This document shows, in pieces, positions 29,550 through 42,369 of a DNA stretch of 64,000 nucleotides. Both the position numbers and the translations under genes were made by a program. Below the pieces are notes generated by a model. That model was not told the DNA's origin. It was given only the letters and a program-made list of their open reading frames with translations, and did not search any database. The first letter of the stretch is position 1. The number at the start of each line of letters is the position of its first letter. The stretch comes from Escherichia coli (lineage in GTDB: Bacteria > Pseudomonadota > Gammaproteobacteria > Enterobacterales > Enterobacteriaceae). The DNA lies in assembly GCF_016026235.1 (NCBI RefSeq), contig NZ_CP065613.1; one strand, given 5' to 3'.

Positions 29550-31481
29550 ATGAGTTATCAGGTCTTAGCCCGAAAATGGCGCCCACAAACCTTTGCTGAC
29601 GTCGTCGGCCAGGAACATGTGCTGACCGCACTGGCGAACGGCTTGTCGTTAGGGCGTATTCATCATGCTTATCTTTTTTCCGGCACCCGTGGCGTCGGAA
29701 AAACCTCTATCGCCCGACTGCTGGCGAAGGGGCTAAACTGCGAAACCGGCATTACCGCGACGCCGTGCGGCGTGTGCGATAACTGTCGTGAAATCGAGCA
29801 GGGGCGCTTTGTCGATCTGATTGAAATCGACGCCGCCTCGCGCACCAAAGTTGAAGACACTCGCGACCTGCTGGATAACGTCCAGTACGCTCCGGCGCGT
29901 GGTCGTTTCAAAGTTTATCTGATCGACGAAGTGCATATGCTGTCGCGCCACAGCTTTAACGCATTGTTAAAAACCCTTGAAGAGCCGCCGGAGCACGTTA
30001 AGTTTCTGCTGGCGACGACCGATCCACAGAAATTGCCGGTGACGATTTTGTCACGCTGTCTGCAATTTCATCTCAAGGCGCTGGATGTCGAGCAAATTCG
30101 CCATCAGCTTGAGCACATCCTCAACGAAGAACATATCGCTCACGAGCCGCGGGCGTTGCAATTGCTGGCGCGCGCCGCTGAAGGCAGCCTGCGAGATGCC
30201 TTAAGTCTGACCGACCAGGCGATTGCCAGCGGTGACGGCCAGGTTTCAACCCAGGCGGTCAGTGCGATGCTGGGTACGCTTGACGACGATCAGGCGCTGT
30301 CGCTGGTTGAAGCGATGGTCGAGGCCAACGGCGAGCGCGTAATGGCGCTGATTAATGAAGCCGCTGCCCGTGGTATCGAGTGGGAAGCGTTGCTGGTGGA
30401 AATGCTCGGCCTGTTGCATCGTATTGCGATGGTACAACTTTCGCCTGCTGCACTTGGCAACGACATGGCCGCCATTGAGCTGCGGATGCGTGAACTGGCG
30501 CGCACCATACCGCCGACGGATATTCAGCTTTACTATCAGACGCTGTTGATTGGTCGCAAAGAATTACCGTATGCGCCGGACCGCCGCATGGGCGTTGAGA
30601 TGACGCTGCTGCGCGCGCTGGCGTTCCATCCACGTATGCCTCTGCCTGAGCCAGAAGTGCCACGCCAGTCCTTTGCGCCCGTCGCGCCAACGGCAGTAAT
30701 GACGCCAACCCAGGTGCCGCCGCAACCGCAATCAGCGCCGCAGCAGGCACCGACTGTACCGCTCCCGGAAACCACCAGCCAGGTGCTGGCGGCGCGCCAG
30801 CAGTTGCAGCGCGTGCAGGGAGCAACCAAAGCAAAAAAGAGTGAACCGGCAGCCGCTACCCGCGCGCGGCCGGTGAATAACGCTGCGCTGGAAAGACTGG
30901 CTTCGGTCACCGATCGCGTTCAGGCGCGTCCGGTGCCATCGGCGCTGGAAAAAGCGCCAGCCAAAAAAGAAGCGTATCGCTGGAAGGCTACCACTCCAGT
31001 GATGCAGCAAAAAGAAGTGGTCGCCACGCCGAAGGCGCTGAAAAAAGCGCTGGAACATGAAAAAACGCCGGAACTGGCGGCGAAGCTGGCGGCAGAAGCC
31101 ATTGAGCGCGACGCGTGGGCGGCACAGGTGAGTCAACTTTCGCTACCAAAACTGGTCGAACAGGTGGCCTTAAATGCCTGGAAAGAGGAGAGCGACAACG
31201 CAGTATGTCTGCATTTGCGCTCCTCTCAGCGGCATTTGAACAACCGCGGTGCACAGCAAAAACTGGCTGAAGCGTTGAGCATGTTAAAAGGTTCAACGGT
31301 TGAACTGACTATCGTTGAAGATGATAATCCCGCGGTGCGTACGCCGCTGGAGTGGCGTCAGGCGATATACGAAGAAAAACTTGCGCAGGCGCGCGAGTCC
31401 ATTATTGCGGATAATAATATTCAGACCCTGCGTCGGTTCTTCGATGCGGAGCTGGATGAAGAAAGTATCCGCCCCATTTGA
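29550..31481 (+). CDS. dnaX: DNA polymerase III subunits tau and gamma
   Basis: ORF track 643 aa; Walker A GTRGVGKTS. Confidence 0.97.
   Translation: MSYQVLARKWRPQTFADVVGQEHVLTALANGLSLGRIHHAYLFSGTRGVGKTSIARLLAKGLNCETGITATPCGVCDNCREIEQGRFVDLIEIDAASRTKVEDTRDLLDNVQYAPARGRFKVYLIDEVHMLSRHSFNALLKTLEEPPEHVKFLLATTDPQKLPVTILSRCLQFHLKALDVEQIRHQLEHILNEEHIAHEPRALQLLARAAEGSLRDALSLTDQAIASGDGQVSTQAVSAMLGTLDDDQALSLVEAMVEANGERVMALINEAAARGIEWEALLVEMLGLLHRIAMVQLSPAALGNDMAAIELRMRELARTIPPTDIQLYYQTLLIGRKELPYAPDRRMGVEMTLLRALAFHPRMPLPEPEVPRQSFAPVAPTAVMTPTQVPPQPQSAPQQAPTVPLPETTSQVLAARQQLQRVQGATKAKKSEPAAATRARPVNNAALERLASVTDRVQARPVPSALEKAPAKKEAYRWKATTPVMQQKEVVATPKALKKALEHEKTPELAAKLAAEAIERDAWAAQVSQLSLPKLVEQVALNAWKEESDNAVCLHLRSSQRHLNNRGAQQKLAEALSMLKGSTVELTIVEDDNPAVRTPLEWRQAIYEEKLAQARESIIADNNIQTLRRFFDAELDEESIRPI
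30833..30839 (+). other. dnaX: dnaX programmed -1 ribosomal frameshift heptamer A AAA AAG (yields gamma; -1 frame stops at TGA 30842-30844), followed by GC-rich stem-loop
   Basis: Slippery heptamer and downstream hairpin CCGGCAGCCGCTACCCGCGCGCGGCCGG read directly; mechanism is established for E. coli dnaX. Confidence 0.85.
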
Positions 31482-31518
31482 TCGTAAGCACAGCTTACGT
31501 TCGTCATCCTTAACGTGA

Positions 31519-31862
<344 letters not shown>

Positions 31863-31863
<1 letters not shown>

Positions 31864-32468
31864 TGCAAACCAGCCTGCTGTTAACACAGCTTATGGAAGC
31901 ACTGCGCTGTCTGCCGGGCGTTGGCCCGAAGTCGGCGCAGCGTATGGCGTTCACGCTGCTTCAGCGCGATCGTAGCGGCGGGATGCGTCTGGCGCAGGCG
32001 CTCACCCGGGCGATGTCGGAAATCGGCCACTGCGCCGATTGCCGCACTTTCACCGAACAGGAAGTCTGTAACATCTGTTCGAATCCGCGTCGTCAGGAAA
32101 ACGGTCAAATCTGTGTGGTGGAGAGTCCGGCGGACATCTACGCCATTGAGCAGACGGGGCAGTTTTCAGGCCGTTATTTTGTGTTGATGGGGCACCTGTC
32201 ACCGCTGGACGGCATCGGTCCGGATGATATCGGCCTTGATCGTCTGGAACAGCGTCTGGCAGAGGAAAAAATCACTGAAGTGATCCTCGCCACCAATCCC
32301 ACGGTTGAAGGTGAAGCTACCGCTAACTACATTGCCGAGCTTTGCGCGCAATATGACGTGGAAGCCAGCCGAATCGCTCATGGCGTACCGGTTGGCGGCG
32401 AACTGGAAATGGTCGATGGCACCACGCTGTCACACTCCCTTGCTGGGCGTCATAAGATTCGTTTTTAA
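31863..32468 (+). CDS. recR: recombination protein RecR
   Basis: ORF track 201 aa; C4 zinc finger and Toprim motifs. Confidence 0.96.
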
Positions 32469-32497
32469 GCAAACGAGAGCAGGATCACCTGCTCTCG

Positions 32498-32526
32498 CTT
32501 GAAATTATTCTCCCTTGTCCCCATCT
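32498..32526 (+). promoter_or_regulatory. sigma32 heat-shock promoter of htpG (CTTGAAA -35, 14 nt spacer, CCCCATCT -10)
   Basis: Both sigma32 consensus elements read directly about 50 nt upstream of htpG ATG. Confidence 0.75.
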
Positions 32527-32577
32527 CTCCCTCATCCTGTTTTTAACCTTAAAATGGCATTATTGAGGTAGACCTAC

Positions 32578-34452
32578 ATGAAAGGACAAGAAACTCGTGG
32601 TTTTCAGTCAGAAGTGAAACAGCTTCTGCACCTGATGATCCATTCTCTCTATTCCAATAAAGAAATCTTCCTGCGTGAGCTTATCTCTAACGCCTCCGAT
32701 GCGGCGGACAAGCTGCGTTTCCGTGCGCTATCTAACCCGGACCTGTACGAAGGTGATGGCGAACTGCGCGTTCGTGTCTCTTGCGATAAAGACAAGCGCA
32801 CGCTGACCATCTCCGATAACGGCGTGGGGATGACCCGCGACGAAGTGATTGACCATCTGGGGACTATCGCTAAATCCGGTACCAAATCATTCCTCGAATC
32901 CCTGGGTTCTGACCAGGCGAAAGACAGCCAGCTGATCGGTCAGTTTGGTGTTGGTTTCTACTCTGCGTTTATCGTGGCCGACAAAGTGACCGTGCGTACT
33001 CGCGCGGCAGGCGAAAAACCAGAAAACGGCGTCTTCTGGGAATCGGCTGGCGAAGGTGAATATACCGTTGCCGACATCACCAAAGAAGATCGTGGTACTG
33101 AAATCACCCTGCATCTGCGTGAAGGCGAAGACGAGTTCCTCGATGACTGGCGCGTGCGTTCCATCATCAGCAAATACTCCGACCATATCGCGCTGCCGGT
33201 AGAGATCGAAAAACGCGAAGAGAAAGACGGCGAAACCGTTATCTCCTGGGAGAAAATCAACAAAGCGCAGGCGCTGTGGACTCGTAACAAGTCGGAAATC
33301 ACCGATGAAGAGTACAAAGAGTTCTACAAACACATCGCCCACGACTTTAATGATCCGCTGACCTGGAGCCACAACCGCGTTGAAGGTAAGCAGGAGTACA
33401 CCAGCCTGCTGTACATCCCGTCCCAGGCTCCGTGGGATATGTGGAACCGTGATCATAAACACGGCCTGAAACTGTACGTCCAGCGTGTGTTCATCATGGA
33501 CGACGCAGAACAGTTCATGCCGAACTATCTGCGCTTCGTGCGTGGTCTGATTGACTCCAGCGATCTGCCGCTGAACGTTTCCCGTGAAATCCTCCAGGAC
33601 AGCACGGTAACGCGTAACCTGCGCAATGCGCTGACCAAGCGTGTGCTGCAAATGCTGGAAAAACTGGCGAAAGACGACGCGGAAAAATACCAGACCTTCT
33701 GGCAACAGTTTGGCCTGGTACTGAAAGAAGGTCCGGCGGAAGATTTCGCTAACCAGGAAGCGATCGCCAAACTGCTGCGTTTTGCTTCTACTTATACCGA
33801 TTCTTCTGCGCAGACCGTGTCTCTGGAAGACTACGTTTCCCGCATGAAAGAAGGGCAGGAGAAAATCTACTACATCACTGCAGACAGCTATGCGGCAGCG
33901 AAGAGCAGCCCGCACCTGGAACTGCTGCGTAAGAAAGGCATCGAAGTTCTGCTGCTTTCCGACCGCATCGATGAGTGGATGATGAACTATCTGACTGAGT
34001 TCGACGGTAAACCGTTCCAGTCGGTGTCTAAAGTTGACGAGTCGCTTGAAAAACTGGCTGACGAAGTTGATGAGAGCGCGAAAGAAGCGGAGAAAGCACT
34101 GACTCCGTTCATCGACCGTGTGAAAGCCCTGCTCGGCGAGCGCGTGAAAGATGTCCGTCTGACTCACCGTCTGACCGATACGCCAGCGATCGTTTCGACC
34201 GACGCGGACGAAATGAGCACTCAGATGGCGAAACTGTTCGCTGCGGCGGGCCAGAAAGTGCCAGAAGTGAAATACATCTTCGAACTGAACCCGGATCACG
34301 TACTGGTGAAACGTGCGGCAGATACTGAAGATGAAGCGAAGTTCAGCGAGTGGGTAGAACTGCTGCTGGATCAGGCGCTGCTGGCAGAACGCGGCACGCT
34401 GGAAGATCCGAACCTGTTTATTCGTCGTATGAACCAGCTGCTGGTTTCCTGA
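32578..34452 (+). CDS. htpG: chaperone HtpG (Hsp90)
   Basis: ORF track 624 aa; GHKL ATPase N-terminus. Confidence 0.97.
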   Translation: MKGQETRGFQSEVKQLLHLMIHSLYSNKEIFLRELISNASDAADKLRFRALSNPDLYEGDGELRVRVSCDKDKRTLTISDNGVGMTRDEVIDHLGTIAKSGTKSFLESLGSDQAKDSQLIGQFGVGFYSAFIVADKVTVRTRAAGEKPENGVFWESAGEGEYTVADITKEDRGTEITLHLREGEDEFLDDWRVRSIISKYSDHIALPVEIEKREEKDGETVISWEKINKAQALWTRNKSEITDEEYKEFYKHIAHDFNDPLTWSHNRVEGKQEYTSLLYIPSQAPWDMWNRDHKHGLKLYVQRVFIMDDAEQFMPNYLRFVRGLIDSSDLPLNVSREILQDSTVTRNLRNALTKRVLQMLEKLAKDDAEKYQTFWQQFGLVLKEGPAEDFANQEAIAKLLRFASTYTDSSAQTVSLEDYVSRMKEGQEKIYYITADSYAAAKSSPHLELLRKKGIEVLLLSDRIDEWMMNYLTEFDGKPFQSVSKVDESLEKLADEVDESAKEAEKALTPFIDRVKALLGERVKDVRLTHRLTDTPAIVSTDADEMSTQMAKLFAAAGQKVPEVKYIFELNPDHVLVKRAADTEDEAKFSEWVELLLDQALLAERGTLEDPNLFIRRMNQLLVS

Positions 34453-34456
34453 TGTC

Positions 34457-34495
34457 ATGCCGGATGACCTTTGTGTCATCCGGCATTTTTCTTTT
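34457..34495 (+). terminator. Rho-independent terminator after htpG
   Basis: Inverted repeat ATGCCGGATGAC / GTCATCCGGCAT followed by TTTTTCTTTTC. Confidence 0.7.
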
Positions 34496-34560
34496 CATCA
34501 TCTGCACTTTCCGCAAATTATCTCGCCATTAACCGTTTCAGCCTCAGGTGCCTTTCTTGA

Positions 34561-35277
<717 letters not shown>

Positions 35278-35512
35278 TTCGAAAGCGCGCACGGACAGTC
35301 CCCTCGCCCCCTCGGGGAGAGGGTTAGGGTGAGGGGAACAGGCCCGCACAAGCAAACTTATCAGCAATCTCAGGCCGGATATTCATTCGGCCTTTTACAA
35401 AAACCTCAATCTGCGCTATTCCTTTTTCTGATTTGACCTCTCACAGCAATTAGTTCTTCTTCCTCACTTTTCCGCTACAATTATCAACAAGTTGAATCGA
35501 TAAGAGGCGGTA

Positions 35513-36475
35513 ATGCGTCAGACTAAAACCGGTATCCTGCTGGCAAACCTGGGTACGCCCGATGCCCCCACACCTGAAGCGGTAAAACGCTATCTGAAAC
35601 AATTTTTAAGCGACAGACGCGTGGTTGATACCCCACGGTTGTTATGGTGGCCGTTGCTGCGCGGCGTGATTTTGCCGCTGCGCTCGCCGCGTGTGGCGAA
35701 GCTGTACGCCTCGGTCTGGATGGAAGACGGCTCGCCGCTGATGGTTTACAGCCGCCAGCAACAGCAGGCGTTGGCACAACGTTTACCGGATACGCCCGTA
35801 GCGCTGGGCATGAGCTACGGCTCGCCATCACTGGAAAGCGCCGTCGATGAACTCCTGGCAGAGCATGTAGATCATATTGTGGTGCTGCCGCTTTATCCGC
35901 AATTCTCCTGTTCTACGGTCGGTGCGGTATGGGATGAACTGGCACGCATTCTGGCGCGCAAACGTAGCATTCCGGGGATATCGTTTATTCGTGATTACGC
36001 CGATAACCACGATTACATTAATGCACTGGCGAACAGCGTACGCGCTTCTTTTGCCAAACATGGCGAACCGGATCTGCTGCTGCTCTCTTATCATGGCATT
36101 CCCCAGCGTTATGCAGATGAAGGCGATGATTACCCGCAACGTTGCCGCACAACGACTCGTGAACTGGCTTCCGCATTGGGGATGGCACCGGAAAAAGTGA
36201 TGATGACCTTTCAGTCGCGCTTTGGTCGGGAACCCTGGCTGATGCCTTATACCGACGAAACGCTGAAAATGCTCGGAGAAAAAGGCGTAGGTCATATTCA
36301 GGTGATGTGCCCGGGCTTTGCTGCGGATTGTCTGGAGACGCTGGAAGAGATTGCCGAGCAAAACCGTGAGGTCTTCCTCGGTGCCGGCGGGAAAAAATAT
36401 GAATATATTCCGGCGCTTAATGCCACGCCGGAACATATCGAAATGATGGCTAATCTTGTTGCCGCGTATCGCTAA
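35513..36475 (+). CDS. hemH: ferrochelatase
   Basis: ORF track 320 aa. Confidence 0.95.
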   Translation: MRQTKTGILLANLGTPDAPTPEAVKRYLKQFLSDRRVVDTPRLLWWPLLRGVILPLRSPRVAKLYASVWMEDGSPLMVYSRQQQQALAQRLPDTPVALGMSYGSPSLESAVDELLAEHVDHIVVLPLYPQFSCSTVGAVWDELARILARKRSIPGISFIRDYADNHDYINALANSVRASFAKHGEPDLLLLSYHGIPQRYADEGDDYPQRCRTTTRELASALGMAPEKVMMTFQSRFGREPWLMPYTDETLKMLGEKGVGHIQVMCPGFAADCLETLEEIAEQNREVFLGAGGKKYEYIPALNATPEHIEMMANLVAAYR

Positions 36476-37431
36476 AGCTGAGCGGTAAAGAACTGAGCGC
36501 CGTCGCGAAGAGCCTCGTCGGCGGTTTTCATCATCCGTGAATAATGCAAAAAGGCGTGCAGCGTGCCTGGGTAGAGTTTGAACTCACAGGGCTGCTGATG
36601 CGCCGCTAACGTCTGGTAAAGCAGACGGCTGTCATCCAGCAGCGGATCGAACTCCGCCCCGGCAATAAAACAGGGCGGAACTTCGCGAGTGAGATCATTA
36701 TTAAACAGACAGTAATACGGCGACTCGCGGTCCGCGTCGTTGCTTAAATACGCCTCTTCATACATCTGCAAATCCTGTTGCGTTAAGCCATCCCAGACAC
36801 CGCCCAACAGACGACGAGTCACGGAATCCCGTAATCCGTAAAGCCCATACCACAGCAAAACACCCGCAATTTTACCGCAATCGATCTGTTTATCACGCAA
36901 CCACAACGCACTGGCGAGCGCCAGCATGGCACCTGCGGAATCACCGGCAAAGCCAATGCGGGACATATTGATTTGATAATCCTCCGCCTGTTGGTGGAAA
37001 TGACAACAAGCAGCCACAATTTCCTCTATCGCTTGCGGAAAACGTGCTTCAGGTGAAAGGGTGTAATCAATACCAATCACCGTACATTGGCTGTAGCTTG
37101 CCAGCAGGCGCATGATGCGATCGTGGGTATCGAGATTGCCGAGAATAAAACCGCCTCCATGCAAATAAAATAGCGTCGCTGGGCTATCTGGCTGCGGACA
37201 AAAGAGACGTGTTTCCACCTGCCCATATTTTGTTGGAACCATGTAAGCTCTGGTTGCCATTTCTGGAGCGCCCGCATTCCAGAATCGGCGCTCAAGCGTG
37301 TAATACTGTCGTTGCTCAGCAATCGTTCCCGTTGCGGGCCAGGGCGGTAAATCAGGCTGAAGAGTATTCACAACGGTCTTCATTTCAGCAGAAATAAGGT
37401 CCAGAACAGGTAATTTGTTTTCCGGCTTCAT
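36472..37431 (-). CDS. aes: acetyl esterase Aes (alpha/beta hydrolase, HGGG motif)
   Basis: ORF track 319 aa; HGGGF and GDSAG motifs. Confidence 0.95.
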   Translation of the reverse strand: MKPENKLPVLDLISAEMKTVVNTLQPDLPPWPATGTIAEQRQYYTLERRFWNAGAPEMATRAYMVPTKYGQVETRLFCPQPDSPATLFYLHGGGFILGNLDTHDRIMRLLASYSQCTVIGIDYTLSPEARFPQAIEEIVAACCHFHQQAEDYQINMSRIGFAGDSAGAMLALASALWLRDKQIDCGKIAGVLLWYGLYGLRDSVTRRLLGGVWDGLTQQDLQMYEEAYLSNDADRESPYYCLFNNDLTREVPPCFIAGAEFDPLLDDSRLLYQTLAAHQQPCEFKLYPGTLHAFLHYSRMMKTADEALRDGAQFFTAQL

Positions 37432-37582
37432 ACAAAAACTCCTTTCAAATTACGTCATTGTAAGGAACCACTGCCATGAAAATGCGATCCCGCCTGCTGA
37501 TATTGAAACTGGCTGCGTCTCGCGCGCTCCCGTCAGATTGTGTTAACATTCGCCGCTCAGTTAACCACCCGTAAAAACAACC

Positions 37583-38887
37583 ATGAAATTTCCCGGTAAA
37601 CGTAAATCCAAACATTACTTCCCCGTAAATGCACGCGATCCGCTGCTTCAGCAATTCCAGCCAGAAAACGAAACCAGCGCCGCCTGGGTCGTAGGTATTG
37701 ACCAGACGCTGGTCGATATTGAAGCGAAAGTGGATGATGAATTCATTGAGCGTTATGGATTAAGCGCCGGGCATTCACTGGTGATTGAGGATGACGTAGC
37801 CGAAGCGCTTTATCAGGAACTAAAACAGAAAAACCTGATTACCCATCAGTTTGCGGGTGGCACTATTGGTAACACCATGCACAACTACTCGGTGCTCGCG
37901 GACGACCGTTCGGTGCTGCTGGGCGTCATGTGCAGCAATATTGAAATTGGCAGCTATGCCTATCGTTACCTGTGTAACACCTCCAGCCGTACCGATCTTA
38001 ACTATCTACAAGGCGTGGATGGCCCGATTGGTCGTTGCTTTACGCTGATTGGCGAGTCCGGGGAACGTACCTTTGCTATCAGCCCTGGCCACATGAACCA
38101 GCTGCGGGCTGAAAGTATTCCGGAAGATGTGATTGCCGGAGCCTCGGCTCTGGTTCTCACCTCTTATCTGGTGCGTTGCAAGCCGGGTGAACCCATGCCG
38201 GAAGCAACCATGAAAGCCATTGAGTACGCGAAGAAATATAACGTACCGGTGGTGCTGACGCTGGGAACTAAGTTTGTCATTGCCGAGAATCCGCAGTGGT
38301 GGCAGCAATTCCTCAAAGACCACGTCTCTATCCTTGCGATGAACGAAGATGAAGCCGAAGCGTTGACCGGAGAAAGCGATCCGTTGTTAGCATCTGACAA
38401 GGCACTGGACTGGGTTGATCTGGTGCTGTGCACCGCAGGGCCAATCGGCTTGTATATGGCGGGCTTTACCGAAGACGAAGCGAAACGTAAAACCCAGCAT
38501 CCGCTGCTGCCGGGCGCTATAGCCGAATTCAACCAGTATGAGTTTAGCCGCGCCATGCGCCACAAGGATTGCCAGAATCCGCTGCGTGTCTATTCGCACA
38601 TTGCGCCGTACATGGGCGGGCCGGAAAAAATCATGAACACCAACGGAGCAGGGGATGGCGCACTGGCAGCGTTGCTGCATGACATTACCGCCAACAGCTA
38701 CCACCGTAGCAACGTACCAAACTCCAGCAAACATAAATTCACCTGGTTAACTTATTCATCGTTAGCCCAGGTATGTAAATATGCTAACCGTGTGAGCTAT
38801 CAGGTACTGAACCAGCATTCACCTCGTTTAACGCGCGGCTTGCCGGAGCGTGAAGACAGCCTGGAAGAGTCTTACTGGGATCGTTAA
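37583..38887 (+). CDS. gsk: inosine-guanosine kinase
   Basis: ORF track 434 aa. Confidence 0.95.
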   Translation: MKFPGKRKSKHYFPVNARDPLLQQFQPENETSAAWVVGIDQTLVDIEAKVDDEFIERYGLSAGHSLVIEDDVAEALYQELKQKNLITHQFAGGTIGNTMHNYSVLADDRSVLLGVMCSNIEIGSYAYRYLCNTSSRTDLNYLQGVDGPIGRCFTLIGESGERTFAISPGHMNQLRAESIPEDVIAGASALVLTSYLVRCKPGEPMPEATMKAIEYAKKYNVPVVLTLGTKFVIAENPQWWQQFLKDHVSILAMNEDEAEALTGESDPLLASDKALDWVDLVLCTAGPIGLYMAGFTEDEAKRKTQHPLLPGAIAEFNQYEFSRAMRHKDCQNPLRVYSHIAPYMGGPEKIMNTNGAGDGALAALLHDITANSYHRSNVPNSSKHKFTWLTYSSLAQVCKYANRVSYQVLNQHSPRLTRGLPEREDSLEESYWDR

Positions 38888-38900
38888 GTTATCGTCGGTT

Positions 38901-38985
38901 CGTAGGCCAGCTAAGGCGTTCACGCCGCATCTGGCATTTTGCTCTCAATGCCTGATGCGACGCTGGCGCGTCTTATCAGGCCTAC
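38901..38985. repeat. REP elements downstream of gsk
   Basis: GCCTGATGCGACGCTGGCGCGTCTTATCAGGCCTAC type palindromic units. Confidence 0.7.
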
Positions 38986-39016
38986 ATATCCGCGCCTATT
39001 ATCCGGCAACCACCGT

Positions 39017-40693
39017 TTACCCCGTCACCACTTCACCCGCCGGTGGCGTTTCCAGCAGTTCCAGCATAGTACGGGCAATTTCACGCTCGCCCATCACTAC
39101 CTGATTCGCACCACGTTCGGTGATATACGCCACTTCATCGTCATAATGGGCGCGGGCAATAATCTCAATATCCGGATTTTTCGCGCGGGCAGATGCCACA
39201 ATCTCACCCGCTTCATAACCGTTGGGGATCGTCAGGATCAGCCATTTTGCACATTCCAGATGCGCCAGTTGCATAATTTCTTCGTTCGCTGCATTGCCCA
39301 ATACTGCGCGGACCCCGCGCTCTCGCAGCTCATCAACACGGGTTCGTGACGTCTCAATCACCACCAGCGGAATATCAGAGGCGAGCAATTTCTCCCCCAG
39401 CAGGCTGCCTACACGACCGTAACCCACCAATAGCGCATGGTTGCAAATATCCACTGGGATCTGCTTCTCTTCTTCGATTGCCTCTTCCAGCGTCTGCTCT
39501 TCCAGCGTTTCGGTCTTCGCCAGATATTTCTCCAGCAGCGCAAACAGGACCGGATTGAGCATAATCGACAAAATCGCACCTGCCAGTACCAGGTTCTGCC
39601 CGGCTTGCGGCAACAGATCCAGCGCCATGCCCAGTCCCGCCAGGATAAACGCGAACTCACCAATTTGCGCCAGGCTGGCGGCGATAGTTAATGCCGTACG
39701 TTGGGAGTGACCAAACAGTCGCACCAGGAAAAATGCGGCTAACGACTTACCAAACAGAATAATCGCCAGCGTCGCCAGCACTGCCAGCGGTTGCTGAATC
39801 AGAATTAACGGATCAAACAACATCCCGACGGAGACAAAAAACAGCACCGCAAACGCGTCGCGCAATGGCAGCGTATCGTGGGCGGCACGGTGACTCAGTT
39901 CAGACTCGTTCAGTACCATCCCGGCAAAGAACGCACCGAGTGCAAAGGAGACATCAAACAGCTCTACCGCACCAAAGGCAATCCCTAACGCCAGCGCCAG
40001 CACCGACAGGGTAAACAGCTCGCGAGAACCGGTTGCCGCGCTGCGTGCCATAATCCACGGCACCAGACGGCGACCTACCAGCATCATAATGGCGATAAAC
40101 GCGATCACTTTGCCGATGGTGATCCCCATATCGACTGCAAGAGTGGCAAAGCCCACATCGCCCTGTTCCATCATTCCTGCCACTGCGGGCAGCAACACCA
40201 GCGTCAGAACCATTACCAGGTCTTCCACAATCAACCAACCGATGGCGATTTGCCCACGCTGACTGTCAATTAATTGCCGTTCTTCAAGTGCGCGCAGTAA
40301 CACCACGGTACTGGCGGTGGAAAGACATAAACCGAACACGATACCGGTCATTAACGACCAGCCCAGCACGGCAGAGAGCGCCATACCCAGCAGCGTCGCC
40401 ACGGCTATCTGGGCGATCGCACCGGGAATGGCGATGGCCTTTACCGCCATCAAATCCTTCAGCGAAAAGTGCAGACCCACGCCAAACATCAACAGAATGA
40501 CGCCCAGTTCAGCCAGTTCCGGCGCAAGCTTGGTATCGGCAACAAAGCCCGGAGTGAATGGTCCTGCCAGCACACCCGCTAACAGATATCCCACCAGAGG
40601 AGAAATACGTAGTTTATTGGCCAGCATGCCGAGGATAAAGGCGAGCACAAGGCCGCCAACAATGGTGGTGATAAGCGGGGTGGCGTGATGCAT
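39017..40693 (-). CDS. ybaL: CPA2-family cation:proton antiporter YbaL (KefB-like, with TrkA-N domain)
   Basis: ORF track 558 aa; polytopic membrane domain plus C-terminal Rossmann GYGRVG. Confidence 0.92.
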   Translation of the reverse strand: MHHATPLITTIVGGLVLAFILGMLANKLRISPLVGYLLAGVLAGPFTPGFVADTKLAPELAELGVILLMFGVGLHFSLKDLMAVKAIAIPGAIAQIAVATLLGMALSAVLGWSLMTGIVFGLCLSTASTVVLLRALEERQLIDSQRGQIAIGWLIVEDLVMVLTLVLLPAVAGMMEQGDVGFATLAVDMGITIGKVIAFIAIMMLVGRRLVPWIMARSAATGSRELFTLSVLALALGIAFGAVELFDVSFALGAFFAGMVLNESELSHRAAHDTLPLRDAFAVLFFVSVGMLFDPLILIQQPLAVLATLAIILFGKSLAAFFLVRLFGHSQRTALTIAASLAQIGEFAFILAGLGMALDLLPQAGQNLVLAGAILSIMLNPVLFALLEKYLAKTETLEEQTLEEAIEEEKQIPVDICNHALLVGYGRVGSLLGEKLLASDIPLVVIETSRTRVDELRERGVRAVLGNAANEEIMQLAHLECAKWLILTIPNGYEAGEIVASARAKNPDIEIIARAHYDDEVAYITERGANQVVMGEREIARTMLELLETPPAGEVVTG

Positions 40694-40931
40694 TCCGTCT
40701 CCTTTTCCTGGTGGTTATTGTCCATTTTTGGCCGGGGAAACCAAAATTACAGGTAATAGTTTATGACAATTTCATTGATGATGTTCATGAATAATTATTG
40801 AATTTTGCAGAAAAATGGAATTAGCTGCAAAAAAAAGCACGGATCGGAAAACAGAAGGCGGTTTAACAGAGGAAAGGCTTATGGCGACTGTAAAACGATG
40901 CAGCCAAAGTTTGCCTTTGGCTGCAATGAAA

Positions 40932-42152
40932 TCAGTCTTTATGCCGGTTATCAGGCAGGAATATGGTCAACATCCCCAATAGTGGCAGGAAAGCACAGAT
41001 TTTATAGACTAACTCGATGCTGGTGTGATCGGCGATAAGCCCCAGAACTGCCGCTCCCAGACCTCCCATGCCAAAAGCAAAACCGAAAAAGAGTCCAGAA
41101 ACCATACCGATACGTCCTGGAAGCAGCTCCTGAGCGTAGACTAGAATGGCAGAGAATGCCGAAGCGAGGATAAATCCAATAATCACCGTTAAAACCCCCG
41201 TCCAGTGCAGGCTGGCGTAGGGTAAAATCAGCGTAAACGGCGCAACGCCGAGGATAGAGCCCCAAATCACATATTTCCGCCCAATTTTATCCCCTACAGG
41301 CCCGCCGATCACCGTACCTGCCGCAACGGCAAACAGGAAGGCAAACAGATGAAGCTGAGCATTCTGGATAGATAATCCGAATTTTTGCATCAGATAAAAG
41401 GTGTAATAGCTGCTGATGCTCGCCATATAGAAATATTTCGAGAAAATGAGGATTAACAGAATGCTGACCGCCAGTACAACTTTATTGCGCGGCAGTGGAT
41501 TGATAATCGTCGCTTTGGGTTTTCCTTTATTCATTCGGTGCTGTGCCGAGTACCAACGGCTGATTTGCGCCAACACCACGATCGCCAGCAGTGCCGCAAG
41601 CACAAACCAGGCAACGTTGCCTTTGCCATAAGGCGCGATAATCACCGCCGCCAGCAAGGGTCCCAGGGAACTGCCAAAGTTGCCGCCGACCTGAAAGATT
41701 GATTGCGCCAGGCCATGCCGCCCGCCGGACGCCATACGGGCCACGCGAGAAGATTCCGGATGAAAGACCGATGAACCGGTACCGACCAGCGCCGCCGCCA
41801 GCAGAACTGCGCCAAAACTGCCTGCCAGCGCAAGCAGCACCAGACCACTTAAGGTAAAGCACATGCCAATTGGCAACGACCACGGCATCGGATATTTATC
41901 GGTCCAGTAGCCGACCACTGGTTGCAGTAGCGAAGAGGCGAGCTGGAAGGTGAGGGTTATCATGCCAATCTGCATAAATGTCAGAGAAAATTCTGACTGA
42001 AGCAGCGGATAAATCGCCAGAATCAGCGATTGGATCATATCGTTCAGCAGATGTGAGAGGCTGATAGCACCTAAAATACCAAACGATGTTCGGGCCTTGG
42101 TCGTTGACGCAGCCGCGCCCGCCACAGGCTGGGTTTGTTCACTCATTGCCAT
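40932..42152 (-). CDS. fsr: fosmidomycin resistance MFS transporter Fsr
   Basis: ORF track 406 aa. Confidence 0.9.
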   Translation of the reverse strand: MAMSEQTQPVAGAAASTTKARTSFGILGAISLSHLLNDMIQSLILAIYPLLQSEFSLTFMQIGMITLTFQLASSLLQPVVGYWTDKYPMPWSLPIGMCFTLSGLVLLALAGSFGAVLLAAALVGTGSSVFHPESSRVARMASGGRHGLAQSIFQVGGNFGSSLGPLLAAVIIAPYGKGNVAWFVLAALLAIVVLAQISRWYSAQHRMNKGKPKATIINPLPRNKVVLAVSILLILIFSKYFYMASISSYYTFYLMQKFGLSIQNAQLHLFAFLFAVAAGTVIGGPVGDKIGRKYVIWGSILGVAPFTLILPYASLHWTGVLTVIIGFILASAFSAILVYAQELLPGRIGMVSGLFFGFAFGMGGLGAAVLGLIADHTSIELVYKICAFLPLLGMLTIFLPDNRHKD

Positions 42153-42369
42153 AGGAAAGTCACTTTTTCAGGGTTGCGATGTAAAGAATGATCTTATTTG
42201 TGATTATTACCCGACTAACATACCTGTATGCGCCGCCTGAAGGAAGTCTCAACGCTGAATACAGAATTTCTAATCTGGATGCAGATTTATCTTCACCGGA
42301 CGCAGACTTGTCTATGATGTCGCGTCATACTATTTTTCAACACGTTGAAATCAGGTCAGGGAGAGAAGT

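Noticed and set aside
32887-34479. 530 aa ORF antisense to htpG
   Set aside because: It lies entirely opposite the unmistakable HtpG coding sequence; it is a long antisense frame from codon bias, with arginine-rich low-complexity translation and no start context
35285-35345. GC-rich inverted repeat CCCCTCGCCCCCTCGGGGAGAGGGTTAGGGTGAGGGG after adk considered as a mobile-element remnant
   Set aside because: It is best explained as a terminator or REP-like hairpin at the end of adk, with no flanking repeats or coding potential; a similar CCCTCTCCGCCCGGAGAGGG hairpin after ybaY/atl (about 13410-13440) is likewise treated as a bidirectional terminator
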